The notes under the pieces are model-generated. The model was not told where the DNA came from and did not search any database. It worked only from the letters and a program-made list of their open reading frames with translations. From Prochlorococcus sp. AH-736-N03 (GTDB lineage Bacteria; Cyanobacteriota; Cyanobacteriia; PCC-6307; Cyanobiaceae), in assembly GCA_028140765.1 (NCBI GenBank), contig JAOIOX010000001.1:8813-72812 (forward strand): a stretch of 64,000 bases of DNA. The letters run 5' to 3'. Below are positions 36,902-48,658 of the stretch, one piece after another. Position 1 is the stretch's first letter; every line of letters begins with the position of its first letter. The position numbers were made by a program, and so were the translations under genes.

Positions 36902-37801
36902 ATGTCTTCAGATCCAACTCATGTAATAATTTTAATTGGGCCTACTGCAAGTGGCAAAACAGAATTAGCTATTGAAATTGCAGAATATTTTAAAACTAAT
37001 ATACACAATATCGATTCAAGGCAAATATATAAGTCCATGGATATTGGAACAGCCAAGCCATCTAAAATCCAACAAAAAAAAATAAAGCATTTTTTAATAG
37101 ATATTGAAGAACCAATCAATCCAATAAATGTAAAACAATTTCAAGAAATTGCTCAGAAATCTATTAAAGGAGAAATTAAACAAGATAATTTACCTTTTCT
37201 TGTTGGAGGAAGTGGTTTGTATATGAACTCAATAACAAAAGGGTTTTTTGTACCAGATGTCCCTCCTCAAAATAATTTAAGAAAACAATTAGAAGACCTT
37301 GGTCAGGAAAAATGTTGGGACCTGTTAAGAAATTGTGATCCATTATCAACCAAAAAAATCAATTTTGCTGACCGCATTCGAACAATAAGAGCTTTAGAAG
37401 TCTTTTACGTAACAGGTAAGCCATTGTCAACTCTGAAAGTTAAGAAACCACCTAACTGGAAAATCTTAGAGCTTGGATTAGACAGAGATAATTTAAAAGA
37501 AAGAATTTTTCAAAGAACAAAAAATATGTTTTTATTCGGAATTATTGAAGAGACGAAACACCTTATCTCTAATTACGGATTTGATTTGCCAATATTAGAA
37601 ACAATTGGTTATCGAGAAGCTAGGGATGTTTTAAATAACCATTTAACAATTGACAAAGCGATTGAGTTGACTACGACAAAAACAATCCAATTTGCCAAAA
37701 GACAAAAAACTTGGTTTCGTAATAAAAATAATCCTCTTTGGCTTAATAACAAAAACCCGCTAAAAGATGCAATAATTAAAATAGAGTCTTTTTTAAGCTA
37801 A
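36902..37801 (+). CDS. miaA: tRNA dimethylallyltransferase
   Basis: [39 protein letters not shown]. Confidence 0.97.
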   Translation: MSSDPTHVIILIGPTASGKTELAIEIAEYFKTNIHNIDSRQIYKSMDIGTAKPSKIQQKKIKHFLIDIEEPINPINVKQFQEIAQKSIKGEIKQDNLPFLVGGSGLYMNSITKGFFVPDVPPQNNLRKQLEDLGQEKCWDLLRNCDPLSTKKINFADRIRTIRALEVFYVTGKPLSTLKVKKPPNWKILELGLDRDNLKERIFQRTKNMFLFGIIEETKHLISNYGFDLPILETIGYREARDVLNNHLTIDKAIELTTTKTIQFAKRQKTWFRNKNNPLWLNNKNPLKDAIIKIESFLS

Positions 37802-37854
37802 CTTTATAAAAATAGATTTTGTTCATCATCCAATCAATTTCTTTAATTAACTGA

Positions 37855-38427
37855 ATGCCCCCACGCCCACGCTTTGACCGACGAGCTCCCCTTAGAGAGC
37901 TACCAAATATAAATGAAAGAATAAAATACCCTCAATTGAGAGTCGTTGATTCAGATGGAAAACAATTAGGCGTCATAGATAGATTAAAAGCATTAGAAAT
38001 AGCATCTCAAAGAGAACTTGATTTAGTTTTGGTGAGCGAAAAAGCAAATCCTCCTGTTTGTAGAATCATGGACTACGGGAAATATAAATTTGAACAAGAA
38101 AAGAAAGCTAAGGAAGCAAGGAAAAAATCTCATCAAACAGAAGTAAAAGAAGTAAAAATGAGGTACAAAATTGACAAGCATGATTATGATGTTCGGATTG
38201 GTCAAGCTACTAAATTTCTAAAATCGGGAGATAAGGTAAAATGCACTGTAATTTTTAGGGGAAGAGAAATTCAACACTCAAATTTAGCTGAGACTCTTCT
38301 TTTAAGAATGGCTAATGATTTAGAAGAGCAATCAGAAGTTCAACAAAAACCAAAAAGAGAAGGAAGAAACATGATTATGTTTTTAAGCCCTCGTAAAACT
38401 CCTCTTATTAAAAAAGATGATGGGTGA
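37855..38427 (+). CDS. infC: Translation initiation factor IF-3
   Basis: [25 protein letters not shown]. Confidence 0.97.
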   Translation: MPPRPRFDRRAPLRELPNINERIKYPQLRVVDSDGKQLGVIDRLKALEIASQRELDLVLVSEKANPPVCRIMDYGKYKFEQEKKAKEARKKSHQTEVKEVKMRYKIDKHDYDVRIGQATKFLKSGDKVKCTVIFRGREIQHSNLAETLLLRMANDLEEQSEVQQKPKREGRNMIMFLSPRKTPLIKKDDG

Positions 38428-38504
38428 TAAATTTTTATCAAAAAATATGACGAATGTTAAAGTGTCACTATATCAAAAAATAAATTAATCAGGATTTTTC
38501 AAAA

Positions 38505-39491
38505 GTGAGATTCCATATTCAACAAGAAAGTGATATACCAGCATCAACTCAACTATACAATCAAATATGTTTTGCAATTGCTGCAAGACATTATCCTCCA
38601 GGGCACAGACTTCCAAGTACAAGGCAACTTGCAATGCAGACTGGACTTCATCGAAACACTATAAGCAAAGTATACAGACAACTGGAAATAGATGGGGTTG
38701 TTGAAGCAATAGCTGGATCAGGTATCTATGTAAGAGATAATCTTAATAAAAGAGAATTTAAAAAGTCTTTTTACTCAAAAGATAAAATAAGTAAACAACC
38801 TGATCAAGAAGCAAAAAAGGTTATTGACAACTTGATAAATCTAGGCTGCAGTTTACAAGAAACGAGAGATATATTGACCAATGAAATTGATTGGCGTATT
38901 AAGTGTGGATCAAGAATCATAGTCAGTACTCCTAGAGAGGATATTGGCGCTTCTATGTTAATAGCTGAAGACCTTTCCACAACAGTTAATGTACCAGTAG
39001 AAGTTGTTCCTATGGAAGAATTAGAAAAAGTTTTGAGTAATTCAAATAGTGGTACTATTGTCACAAGTAGATATTTTTTACAGCCTCTAGAAAAAGTTGC
39101 AAAACAATATGGGGTTCGAGCTATTGCAGTTGACTTGAGCGATTTCCAAAAGGAATTGAAAGTTATTAAGGAATTAAATGCTGGGAGTTGCGTAGGTATT
39201 GTTAGTATAAGTCCTGGTTTATTAAGGGCAGCAGAAATTATAATACATAGTATGAGAGGTAGTGAATTAATTCTTATGACTGCAATCTCAGACAATAATA
39301 ATAGATTACTATCACTTTTAAAGGCTTCTAACCATATAGTTTGTGATGGACCTAGTTTATCAGTTGTAGAAAACGCATTATTAAAAAATCGTTCTCAGCT
39401 AATGAGATTACCTCAAATAATATGTGCTAGAAATTATTTAAGTATTGAAACAATAGATCAATTAAAAAAAGAAATAGGAGTTATTAATTAA
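38505..39491 (+). CDS. plmA: GntR-family regulator, cyanobacterial PlmA type
   Basis: GntR HTH (LPSTRQLAMQTGLHRNTISKVY) plus long PlmA-like C-domain (TIVTSRYF). Confidence 0.8.
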   Translation: MRFHIQQESDIPASTQLYNQICFAIAARHYPPGHRLPSTRQLAMQTGLHRNTISKVYRQLEIDGVVEAIAGSGIYVRDNLNKREFKKSFYSKDKISKQPDQEAKKVIDNLINLGCSLQETRDILTNEIDWRIKCGSRIIVSTPREDIGASMLIAEDLSTTVNVPVEVVPMEELEKVLSNSNSGTIVTSRYFLQPLEKVAKQYGVRAIAVDLSDFQKELKVIKELNAGSCVGIVSISPGLLRAAEIIIHSMRGSELILMTAISDNNNRLLSLLKASNHIVCDGPSLSVVENALLKNRSQLMRLPQIICARNYLSIETIDQLKKEIGVIN

Positions 39492-39497
39492 AATAAG

Positions 39498-40232
39498 ATG
39501 CTAAAAACTTTTAAATCAGATATAGAAATCATAAGAGAGAGAGATCCTGCCGCGAGAGGAATAATAGAAATATTTCTTTGCTATCCAGGCTTTCAATCAA
39601 TAGTTATGCATAGGTTTACGCATAAATTATGGCAATTAAAGATTCCCTTGATACCCCGTTTAATGAGTCATCTTAATCGGTTAGTAACAGGTATTGAAAT
39701 CCATCCTGGGGCAAAAATTGGCAAACGGGTTTTCATAGATCATGGAATGGGAGTCGTAATTGGAGAAACAGCTGAAATAGGAAATAATTGTCTTCTATAT
39801 CAGGGAGTTACATTAGGAGGTACTGGTAAAAGCCATGGCAAAAGACACCCAACCTTAATGGAAAATGTTGTAGTTGGGGCAGGAGCAAAAATTCTTGGAT
39901 CCATCAGAGTGGGATCTAATACACGTATCGGCGCGGGTTCAGTAGTTGTTCGAAATGTAGAGGGGAACAGTACTGTTGTTGGAGTCCCTGGCAGGGTAGT
40001 TCATCAAAGTGGTGTCAAAGTAAATCCGTTAGCTCACTCTGCCTTACCAGATGCAGAAGCTAATGTGATAAAAAATTTAATGGATAGGATAGACTCTCTT
40101 GAAAATGACATTCTTAAATTACAAAAAACCCTACAATGTTTAGCAAACTCAGAATCCATTGATATTTCTAAACTCGGTGATTCTCAAAATCTTAAAGACA
40201 AAGAAATTTTTGAATTTCTTGGAGATGATTAA
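39498..40232 (+). CDS. cysE: Serine O-acetyltransferase
   Basis: ERDPAA, GIEIHPGAKIG, FIDHGMGVVIGETA, KRHPT. Confidence 0.96.
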   Translation: MLKTFKSDIEIIRERDPAARGIIEIFLCYPGFQSIVMHRFTHKLWQLKIPLIPRLMSHLNRLVTGIEIHPGAKIGKRVFIDHGMGVVIGETAEIGNNCLLYQGVTLGGTGKSHGKRHPTLMENVVVGAGAKILGSIRVGSNTRIGAGSVVVRNVEGNSTVVGVPGRVVHQSGVKVNPLAHSALPDAEANVIKNLMDRIDSLENDILKLQKTLQCLANSESIDISKLGDSQNLKDKEIFEFLGDD

Positions 40233-40240
40233 ATATTGAT

Positions 40241-43072
40241 TTAACTTTTTTCATTAGCGTCAGTTTTAGGTTGAAACATAAACATTGAATAAATAACATT
40301 TCGTCTCATATTAGTCATCATTTCAAGAAACATGTCATATCCTTCGTTTTTATATTCGATTAATGGATCTTTTTGACCATAACCTCTCAATCCAACTGAT
40401 TCTCTCAAGGAATCCATGGATTGCAGATGTTCTCGCCATAAATTATCGATTTGCTGCAAAATGAAAAATCTTTCAGCTTCTCTCATCAATCCTGGACGAA
40501 TCTTTTCTATTTGTGATTCCTTTAAATCATAAGCTATTCGTAATTGCTCCTGAAGATAGTTTTTTAATTCCTCTATTGACAGTAATTTAACATCATCAGA
40601 TTTAAGATCATCTAATAAATATATAAATTCTTTGACTTTAGAAATTAATTGATCAATATTCCATTCCTCAGGAGGAAGATCAGGATTAATATAAGCATCT
40701 ACAATTTCAATCATTGTCCTTTCTCCATATCCAATTACTTGTCTCTTTAAATCAATTCCTTTCAATACTCTTAGTCTTTCGCCATAAACTGCTTTTCTTT
40801 GATTATTCATTACCTCGTCGTATTCAAATACTTGTTTTCTAATATCGTAATAGTAGGTCTCAACTTTCTTTTGAGCACTTTCTAGAGACCTAGTAAGCAT
40901 TCCTGACTCAATAGGCATATCTTCATCAACCCTAAAAGCATTCATTAGATTTGCTACTCGATCACCTCCAAAAATCCTTAATAAATTATCATCTAAAGAT
41001 AAAAAGAATCTTGTACTTCCAAGATCACCCTGTCTTCCTGCTCTTCCTCTGAGTTGATTATCCACTCTTCTCGATTCATGCCTCTCAGTACCAATGACAT
41101 GTAAGCCACCAGCTTCTCTTACTTTTTCTTCTTCATGAATCAAAACTTTTTCATATTCTTTTTTTACATCAGACAAAGATTCTCTTAAAAGCTTTATCGA
41201 GTTATCATCAGTTGGGGCTTTTTCTGCAGCTGTAGCTATTCTGTCATCAAGCTCTAAGACGGAAAGTTGTCTTTCTCCCCAATTTTTTACAAGTTCATCA
41301 GATAAAAGAGAGAGTTTCTTTTCAAATGCTTCATCGAGCTTACAAGGAAAAAGACTAGTTGAAGAATTTGAAATGTTCTTTTTCAAATTTGTAACAGCTT
41401 TTTTAGAAAAACCACCTTTAGATTTTGAACTTCTTTGTTTAGGTATTGGTGGCTTATGCTCATTATCAGGCTTAACTAACAAAGGAATTAAAATTTCTTT
41501 TAATTTAAGCCTGGCCATATAGTCACTATTACCGCCAAGAATTATATCTGTTCCCCTTCCAGCCATATTAGTCGCAATAGTAACAGCACCTGCTCTTCCT
41601 GCCTGAGCAACAATTTCGGCCTCACGTTCAACGTTCTCTGGCTTAGCATTTAACAAATTATGTGGAATTTTTTCTTTAGATAGAAGTGAACTTAATAATT
41701 CACTTTTTTCAACACTTGTCGTACCAACTAATACAGGTCTACCTTCTCTATGAATTTGCGCAGTTTCTTTAGCAACGGCATTCCATTTACCAATCTCTGT
41801 CTTAAATACTTGATCAGACCAATCTTGCCTCTTTCTTATTTGATTTGTAGGTATAACTGTTGATTCTAATTTATAAGTTTTTTCAAATTCAACCTCCTCA
41901 GTTTTTGCGGTTCCCGTCATTCCTGCTAAACCAGGATATAAAAGGAAAAAATTCTGATAAGTTATGGATGCTAATGTTTGAGTCTCAGGCTGAATTTTAA
42001 GACTCTCTTTTGCTTCTATTGCCTGATGTTGTCCATCACTCCAACGTCTTCCTGGCATTACCCTACCAGTAAATTCATCCACTATGACGGCCTCATCGTT
42101 CTTAATAATATAATTTACATCTTTAATAAATAATTCTTTAGCTTTTAAAGCATTAGTTATATAATGCGCCCAAGGATCTTGAGGATTATATAAATCATTA
42201 ACTCCCAAATACTCTTCGCATTTTGCAAAGCCCTGATCAGTTAATATGCAACTTCTCTGTTTTTCATCAACTTCATAATCCCCTTCTGGATCAATACCAT
42301 CTTTACTTAATTCTTTTGCTTTGACCAATGCCAGAGATAATTCTGCAGCTTTTTGATATTTTTCTTGTGGTCTTTCAACTTGGCCAGAAATTATTAGAGG
42401 CGTTCTTGCTTCATCAATTAATATTGAATCCACCTCATCAATTACGCAATAATTAAATTTTCTTTGAACTACCTCATTAATATCGGTAGCCATATTATCT
42501 CTTAAATAATCAAATCCTAATTCTGAATTTGTGGCATAAGTTATATCACAATCATAATTCTTCTTCCTCTCAACTGGATTCATATCTTGCTGAATCAAAC
42601 CAACGGATAAACCTAAGAAACGATGAACTTGTCCCATCCACTCTGCATCTCTTCTAGCTAGATAATCATTTACAGTAACAACATGAACACCTTTTCCAGT
42701 AAGAGCATTTAGATAACAAGGTAAAGTTGCAACAAGGGTTTTACCCTCTCCAGTCTTCATCTCAGCAATTTGACACTCATTTAAAACCATCCCGCCTATT
42801 AACTGAACATCAAAATGTCTCATATCAAGAACACGTTTACTTGCTTCTCTTACGATTGCAAAGGCTTTAGGAAGAAATTCTTCTAGGAGTTCTTTTTGTT
42901 TTTTTAAATCTAATTCTGCTGAAATATTTGATTTAAGATTTTGAGTTTCTTTTCTCAGCTCATCATCAGTCAATTGAGAAATTTCTTCTTCTAAGAAATT
43001 TATCTCTTCCACTATTGGTTGATAGCGCTTTAACTTTCGTGTATTCGGATCTCCCAACAAAAGTTTTAGCAT
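40241..43072 (-). CDS. secA: Preprotein translocase SecA
   Basis: [49 protein letters not shown]. Confidence 0.98.
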   Translation of the reverse strand: MLKLLLGDPNTRKLKRYQPIVEEINFLEEEISQLTDDELRKETQNLKSNISAELDLKKQKELLEEFLPKAFAIVREASKRVLDMRHFDVQLIGGMVLNECQIAEMKTGEGKTLVATLPCYLNALTGKGVHVVTVNDYLARRDAEWMGQVHRFLGLSVGLIQQDMNPVERKKNYDCDITYATNSELGFDYLRDNMATDINEVVQRKFNYCVIDEVDSILIDEARTPLIISGQVERPQEKYQKAAELSLALVKAKELSKDGIDPEGDYEVDEKQRSCILTDQGFAKCEEYLGVNDLYNPQDPWAHYITNALKAKELFIKDVNYIIKNDEAVIVDEFTGRVMPGRRWSDGQHQAIEAKESLKIQPETQTLASITYQNFFLLYPGLAGMTGTAKTEEVEFEKTYKLESTVIPTNQIRKRQDWSDQVFKTEIGKWNAVAKETAQIHREGRPVLVGTTSVEKSELLSSLLSKEKIPHNLLNAKPENVEREAEIVAQAGRAGAVTIATNMAGRGTDIILGGNSDYMARLKLKEILIPLLVKPDNEHKPPIPKQRSSKSKGGFSKKAVTNLKKNISNSSTSLFPCKLDEAFEKKLSLLSDELVKNWGERQLSVLELDDRIATAAEKAPTDDNSIKLLRESLSDVKKEYEKVLIHEEEKVREAGGLHVIGTERHESRRVDNQLRGRAGRQGDLGSTRFFLSLDDNLLRIFGGDRVANLMNAFRVDEDMPIESGMLTRSLESAQKKVETYYYDIRKQVFEYDEVMNNQRKAVYGERLRVLKGIDLKRQVIGYGERTMIEIVDAYINPDLPPEEWNIDQLISKVKEFIYLLDDLKSDDVKLLSIEELKNYLQEQLRIAYDLKESQIEKIRPGLMREAERFFILQQIDNLWREHLQSMDSLRESVGLRGYGQKDPLIEYKNEGYDMFLEMMTNMRRNVIYSMFMFQPKTDANEKS

Positions 43073-43246
43073 AAGTCAAAGTCCTTAAAAAATTCATCTT
43101 ATTACAAACATTATAAATTAGTGCGTTACAACAGAATGAAGAAAAATATTATCTCTTTATTTTATATAAACGATCGATTAAGGTATTTAGATTGAAGTCA
43201 CAAAAATAACCTTGCTGACATCACTTTTCAAAAATCTTTTTAAAAA

Positions 43247-43702
43247 ATGAAAGAAATATCTCTAATCAAGCATGGCAAAGGAGCTTTAGGGTTAAGGGTT
43301 TTTGGATTAGGTCCTAATCTTAAACCAGCAAATGGATTAATTAAGCTACAAAAATTACTAGATACTAATGCTTTCTGGTCAAAAAATAGAACAATTAATG
43401 ATCTAAAAAAATGTCTAGCTAACAGTGATATCGTAATAAGTCTTTGGGTTGGTAAGGAAATAGTTGGTTTTGGTAGAGCTTTAACCGATGGGGTTTACCG
43501 CGGAGTACTTTGGGATATTGTTATAGATCAAAATCATCAAGGCAAAGGTTTTGGCACATTAATTGTAAACAATCTTTTATCTTCTAAAAAAATTAAAAAT
43601 ACAAAAAAATTATATTTAATGACAACAAATAAAAAATTATTTTATTCTCAATTTGATTTTAAAGAAGTTACTTCTCAAAATTTATTGATTCGTGAAATAT
43701 AA
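43247..43702 (+). CDS. GNAT acetyltransferase
   Basis: VGFGRALTDG, DIVIDQNHQGKGFG acetyl-CoA motif. Confidence 0.9.
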   Translation: MKEISLIKHGKGALGLRVFGLGPNLKPANGLIKLQKLLDTNAFWSKNRTINDLKKCLANSDIVISLWVGKEIVGFGRALTDGVYRGVLWDIVIDQNHQGKGFGTLIVNNLLSSKKIKNTKKLYLMTTNKKLFYSQFDFKEVTSQNLLIREI

Positions 43703-43728
43703 AGCACTTTGTTTCTAAAGAAACAACA

Positions 43729-44160
43729 TCATGATACAAATTTACTATAAAGCCATCTTATAAAAGGCCCTAAAATAGGAACTGGTCCAAAAGTTGGTCC
43801 ACAAAAATCAAAGTAATCTCTGTGCTCTTTGATTAATCCATTTTCACCAAATAATAAACGTGTAGTTCCAGGATATATAAATTCTTTACCCATAATTCTT
43901 AAACCCATTGTCCATTCAACAAATCCACAATCCCCAGTTATGGAAATTGCATGAGTTTCTAAAAAAACATCATCACATCTTTTAACTAGCTTTTCTTGAG
44001 CTTTAACATAAGAATCTAAGCCCGCTGTTTCCTGAGTTGGGTCTTTAAAAATAACATTCTCATTATAAAATTCAGCCCATTTTTGTTTTGTTGGAGCATC
44101 CGTACCATAAGGTTTAGTAAATAATCCTTTTAAATCCTCAATAGAAATTAATCTTGTCAT
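43729..44160 (-). CDS. NTF2/SnoaL-like protein
   Basis: FYNENVIFKDP...GLIKEHRDYFD. Confidence 0.85.
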   Translation of the reverse strand: MTRLISIEDLKGLFTKPYGTDAPTKQKWAEFYNENVIFKDPTQETAGLDSYVKAQEKLVKRCDDVFLETHAISITGDCGFVEWTMGLRIMGKEFIYPGTTRLLFGENGLIKEHRDYFDFCGPTFGPVPILGPFIRWLYSKFVS

Positions 44161-44205
44161 TACGAGATGGTTATTACAAATACTTTAAGGGATACAAACA
44201 TTAAA

Positions 44206-44277
44206 AGCGGATGAAGAGATTCGAACTCTCGACATTCTCCTTGGCAAGGAGATGCTCTACCACTGAGCTACATCCGC
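44206..44277 (-). tRNA. tRNA-Gly(GCC)
   Basis: Reverse complement GCGGATGTAGCTCAGTGGTAGAGCATCTCCTTGCCAAGGAGAATGTCGAGAGTTCGAATCTCTTCATCCGCT; CCA not encoded. Confidence 0.97.
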
Positions 44278-44338
44278 ATGACTTTTTTATTTTATCTCAA
44301 AGAAGGGATCAATGATAAAAATAATTAAATTTTTTCAA

Positions 44339-44815
44339 TTAATTTAAATTTTTAATTAAGGATCCCATCTCAATTGCTTGTAAAGCATAATTCCAACCAA
44401 GATTATTTTTAATCCCTGCTCTTTCTAAAGCCTGCTGCATAGTATCAGTAGTTAAAACTCCAAAAATAATTGGAACATTATTTTCATTTGAAACTTGGGA
44501 AATACCTTTGCTCGCCTCAGATATCACTACATCATAATGGGAAGTTTCACCACGGATCACAGCCCCAAGAGCAATTACAACGTCATAACTCTTTTTTTTC
44601 ATGAGGGTTTTAGCTGCGATTGGTAATTCGAATGAACCAGGAACCCAAACTATATCTACTTGATTGCTCAATTCAGAAGTATCTAAACCATGTCTTTTTA
44701 AACAATCAAGGCAACCAGATAGAATTTTATTTGTAATTAAATCATTAAATCTTGCTATTACAATCCCAACTTTTAAAGTAGAGGCATTAGTAAAAGAACC
44801 CTCAAAAATAGCCAT
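44339..44815 (-). CDS. ribH: 6,7-dimethyl-8-ribityllumazine synthase
   Basis: [29 protein letters not shown]. Confidence 0.97.
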   Translation of the reverse strand: MAIFEGSFTNASTLKVGIVIARFNDLITNKILSGCLDCLKRHGLDTSELSNQVDIVWVPGSFELPIAAKTLMKKKSYDVVIALGAVIRGETSHYDVVISEASKGISQVSNENNVPIIFGVLTTDTMQQALERAGIKNNLGWNYALQAIEMGSLIKNLN

Positions 44816-44864
44816 TAAATTTTAATTAGTTATATTAATAGACTCTCACGAAAAGGTATTAAGT

Positions 44865-45062
44865 TCAAACTAATGAAGAAACTATCCCTGTAACAAAAAC
44901 CAAAACAACCCAAACAGCAGCAATAGAATAAATTTTTCTCCTACTTTCTCGCTGTCCTTCCTCAGTAGAAGGTTGAGTCACATATAAAACGGGTACTCCA
45001 ACTACCGCAATTAAAGAAGCAAATAATAGAGCATTTACGAAGAAAAAGTTAACAGCCTGCAT
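44865..45062 (-). CDS. psbZ: Photosystem II protein PsbZ
   Basis: Two TM helices; VVGVPVLY...WVVLVFVTGIVSSLV. Confidence 0.9.
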   Translation of the reverse strand: MQAVNFFFVNALLFASLIAVVGVPVLYVTQPSTEEGQRESRRKIYSIAAVWVVLVFVTGIVSSLV

Positions 45063-45202
45063 AATTCAGTCTTAGGTTTCAAACATTATAAATACTATAA
45101 TCTCATGAAAATGATAATTTTTAGAGAAAATTTACATACTTTAGACACTTTAAATGCAAAAAAAATTTTTCTAACTAATATCTATTTAGGAATTAAAAAA
45201 GT

Positions 45203-47941
45203 ATGCAAGAAGATACGATAATTCAAAAGAATTTATTTGCTATTGGTAATGAAAATAATGAACAAAAAGAAATACCAAAAATTCCAGAAGATTTATCTTT
45301 GGAAGATTTAAAAAAAGAATCGAAAAAAAGACCTAGACAAAGAAAAAATTCAACTAATTTGATAAATAAATTTAAGACTGATTTGATTGCAAATAACAAA
45401 AATGTGTGCATCAACGAAGAATCCTATAGCTATAAAACAGTTTCAAAACTGAAATTAACTCCAGTAATGAAGCATTATGTAACTCTAAAAGAGGAAAATA
45501 AAGATAGGTTATTACTTTATAGATTAGGAGATTTTTTTGAATGTTTTTTTGAGGATGCTGTATTAATATCTAACCTTTTAGAAATAACGCTTACCAGTAA
45601 AGATGCTGGCAAAGAGATTGGTAAGATCCCTATGGCAGGGGTTCCCCATCATGCAATGGAGAGATACTGTGCTGATTTAATTAAAAAAAATTATTCTGTG
45701 GTTATATGCGATCAATTAGAAAAAAGTTCTGGACATTATGGGACTCCAATTAAAAGAGGAATAACAAGAATAATTACTCCTGGAACTGTAATTGAAGAGG
45801 GAATGTTGATAGCAAAGAAAAATAATTGGATTACTGCTATTTACTTATCAGAAGAAAACTTAGATGAATCTTATGAATGGGGTATATCAAAGGCTGATGT
45901 AAGCACAGGAGAATTAATAACTTTAGAAGGCCAATCTCTGTCAAAACTATTTGATGAAATTATTAAATTAGATTCTTCAGAAATTATTGTAGGAAGCAAT
46001 GCAGTAAGAAATTTATTAATTAAAGGAAATAGTCAAATTACATATACTGTTTCTCAAGAGACCAATTTTGGAATTAATGAAGCAAATTATCTAATAAAAA
46101 ATTATTTCCAAATTGCAAACCTAGAGGGAATAGGACTTAAAAATTTAAACAATGCAACTAGATCACTTGGTGGTTTATTAAATTATTTAGAAAAAATTAA
46201 TCCTTCAAATTTAGATAAAGATTCTTCTTTAAAAATCTCATTAGACTTTCCACAAATCCAATATGGACATAACAAATTAATTATTGATTATCAAACTCAA
46301 AAAAACTTAGAAATCAAAAATACGCAACGAGAAAACAATTATGTAGGTTCGCTATTATGGAGTATTGATAGAACTTATACTTGCATGGGTGCAAGGTGTT
46401 TAAGAAGGTGGATAGATTCACCACTATTAAACGTTAATGAAATTTATAAAAGACAAAATATAATTACAAACTTTCTTGAATCTAAAAAATTACGTACAGA
46501 TACTCAAAATTTACTTAGAGCAATGGGGGATTTAGAAAGACTGGCAGGTAGAGCTTGTGCAGGTCATGCAAGTCCGAGAGACTTGATTGCAATAGCTGAA
46601 GGTTTAAAAAAATTGCCTAGACTAAAATCCATAATTGAATTATTTAAATATGATCTCCCAGATTGGACTGATCAATTAAAAAATATTGATGAAGGACTCT
46701 TAGAATTAGCTGATACTATAAGTTTTAAACTAGTAGAAAATCCTCCTCTTAATATTAGTGAAGGAGGCATGATCCACGATGGTGTTGACAACATATTAGA
46801 TGGTTTACGCAATTTAATGGATGATTACTCTGAGTGGCTCAATAAAGAGGAATTAAAGGAAAGGAAAATTAGTAAAATTTCAAACCTAAAAATTCAATTT
46901 CATAAAAATTTTGGATATTACATTTCTATAAATAAGTCAAAAGTTGATTTAGCTCCAGAACATTGGATCAAAAGGCAAACGTTAACTAATGAAGAAAGGT
47001 ATATAACTTCAGAAATTAAAAATAAAGAAAATAAGATTTTCCAAATAAAAAGTAGAGCTTCATCAAAAGAATATGAAATTTTCTGCGAATTAAGAAATAT
47101 AGTTGCTGAAAAAACAAAACAAATAAGATCAATCGCAAAATCCATAGCATCTCTTGATGCACTACTTGGTTTATCTATTACTTCAGTAGAAAACAATTTT
47201 ATAAAACCTTCATTAATACCAATAAATGATTCAATGACAAAAAATAGTACAAAAATTATCGCAGGAAGAAATCCAATTGTAGAGCAATTGTTAAGTGATA
47301 AAAAGTTTATAGCAAACGATATCTCTTTTGAGGATAATCAAAAATTAATTATATTAACAGGTCCCAATGCAAGCGGAAAAAGTTGCTTTATTAGACAACT
47401 TGGTTTAATACAAATTCTCACACAAATTGGTAGCTTTGTTCCTGCTAATAATGCTGAAATCAAGATTGCAGATAGAATTTTCACAAGAATTGGGGCGGTT
47501 GATGATCAATCATCTGGACAATCAACATTTATGGTAGAAATGTCTGAAACTGCATCAATTCTAAATCAGGCAACTTCTAGCTCACTAGTTTTACTTGATG
47601 AGATAGGCAGAGGGACATCTACCTTTGATGGACTTTCAATAGCTTGGTCAGTAAGTGAATATCTTGCAAAAAAAATTCAATGTAATACTATTTTTGCTAC
47701 GCACTATCATGAGCTGAATTATTTAAAAAATACAAATAAGAACATACAAAATTTTCAAGTTTTAGTAGAACAAAATAACGATCAGCTAATCTTTAGCCAC
47801 AAGATTGTTAAAGGTGGCTCAAACAAAAGCTATGGCATAGAAGCAGCTAAATTAGCAGGAGTTCCAAAAGAAGTTATAGAAAGAGCAAAATCAGTTTTAA
47901 ATTCTTTAGAAGAAAATAACAAATTAAATTATGATAATTAA
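45203..47941 (+). CDS. mutS: DNA mismatch repair protein MutS
   Basis: [43 protein letters not shown]. Confidence 0.97.
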   Translation: MQEDTIIQKNLFAIGNENNEQKEIPKIPEDLSLEDLKKESKKRPRQRKNSTNLINKFKTDLIANNKNVCINEESYSYKTVSKLKLTPVMKHYVTLKEENKDRLLLYRLGDFFECFFEDAVLISNLLEITLTSKDAGKEIGKIPMAGVPHHAMERYCADLIKKNYSVVICDQLEKSSGHYGTPIKRGITRIITPGTVIEEGMLIAKKNNWITAIYLSEENLDESYEWGISKADVSTGELITLEGQSLSKLFDEIIKLDSSEIIVGSNAVRNLLIKGNSQITYTVSQETNFGINEANYLIKNYFQIANLEGIGLKNLNNATRSLGGLLNYLEKINPSNLDKDSSLKISLDFPQIQYGHNKLIIDYQTQKNLEIKNTQRENNYVGSLLWSIDRTYTCMGARCLRRWIDSPLLNVNEIYKRQNIITNFLESKKLRTDTQNLLRAMGDLERLAGRACAGHASPRDLIAIAEGLKKLPRLKSIIELFKYDLPDWTDQLKNIDEGLLELADTISFKLVENPPLNISEGGMIHDGVDNILDGLRNLMDDYSEWLNKEELKERKISKISNLKIQFHKNFGYYISINKSKVDLAPEHWIKRQTLTNEERYITSEIKNKENKIFQIKSRASSKEYEIFCELRNIVAEKTKQIRSIAKSIASLDALLGLSITSVENNFIKPSLIPINDSMTKNSTKIIAGRNPIVEQLLSDKKFIANDISFEDNQKLIILTGPNASGKSCFIRQLGLIQILTQIGSFVPANNAEIKIADRIFTRIGAVDDQSSGQSTFMVEMSETASILNQATSSSLVLLDEIGRGTSTFDGLSIAWSVSEYLAKKIQCNTIFATHYHELNYLKNTNKNIQNFQVLVEQNNDQLIFSHKIVKGGSNKSYGIEAAKLAGVPKEVIERAKSVLNSLEENNKLNYDN

Positions 47942-47976
47942 GTAGATTTTTGACATTTTTATAAAATAAATACTTT

Positions 47977-48600
47977 TTAAATTGTTTCCCTCAATAACGC
48001 GTTAACCGCAGCAGCTGCCATGGCAGCACCTCCTCTAGTTGAATTCAAAACAATTCTAGGAAGTTCTGTGGAAATCAGTTTGTTTTTGCTATTCTCTACT
48101 CCAATAAATCCAACAGGCATTCCGATAATTAAACTAGGTAAATCTTTTGCATTTTCTAAAATATCAATTAAATAAGTTAACGCTGTAGGCGAACTGCCAA
48201 TAACTACAATAGGAGATTTGCTTCCAGAATTTATAGCAGATAACTCTTTCCAACCTTCACTTACGCCATATGCAGTTTTAGTTAAATTTGTATGATTATT
48301 TTTTCCAAACCACATTCTAGCGGAAAATATTTTATTCCTAGTGGTATTTGCTGCCATGGATTTTATTGCTGCTGCCGCCATATCGGTATCAGTTAAAATA
48401 GGAGCACCATTTTTAAGTGCCTGAAGCCCTTTCTCGCAAGCACCTTCACTAAAATTTACAAGATTTTGAACTGTAAAATCTCCTGAAGTATGGACTAATC
48501 TCTCTAAAACTTTTTTTTCCAAATAATTTAGATCATTGACTGCTAAACGAGATCTTATGAATCTGATACTTTCCAAAAAAATTGGATGATCTATTACCAT
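47977..48600 (-). CDS. cobH: Precorrin-8X methylmutase
   Basis: RLVHTSGD, IGSSPTAL, GMPVGFIG, RGGAAMAAAAVNAL. Confidence 0.93.
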   Translation of the reverse strand: MVIDHPIFLESIRFIRSRLAVNDLNYLEKKVLERLVHTSGDFTVQNLVNFSEGACEKGLQALKNGAPILTDTDMAAAAIKSMAANTTRNKIFSARMWFGKNNHTNLTKTAYGVSEGWKELSAINSGSKSPIVVIGSSPTALTYLIDILENAKDLPSLIIGMPVGFIGVENSKNKLISTELPRIVLNSTRGGAAMAAAAVNALLRETI

Positions 48601-48658
48601 TAAATTTAATTTGTGTTAGAAGTAATCATAGTTAATATATGGTTTTTATTGAGCTATT

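Noticed and set aside
38804-39295. 163-aa ORF antisense to plmA, and the other short nested or antisense ORFs in the track
   Set aside because: Shadow frames of well-supported genes, with no motifs or independent evidence
44170-44183. NtcA-like site GTA-N8-AAC upstream of the SnoaL gene
   Set aside because: One mismatch, only about 10 nt from the ATG; expected by chance
43200-44277. Possible island integrated at the tRNA-Gly 3' end (SnoaL and GNAT genes)
   Set aside because: No integrase, no duplicated tRNA 3' end and no evident compositional shift; the same holds for tRNA-Arg
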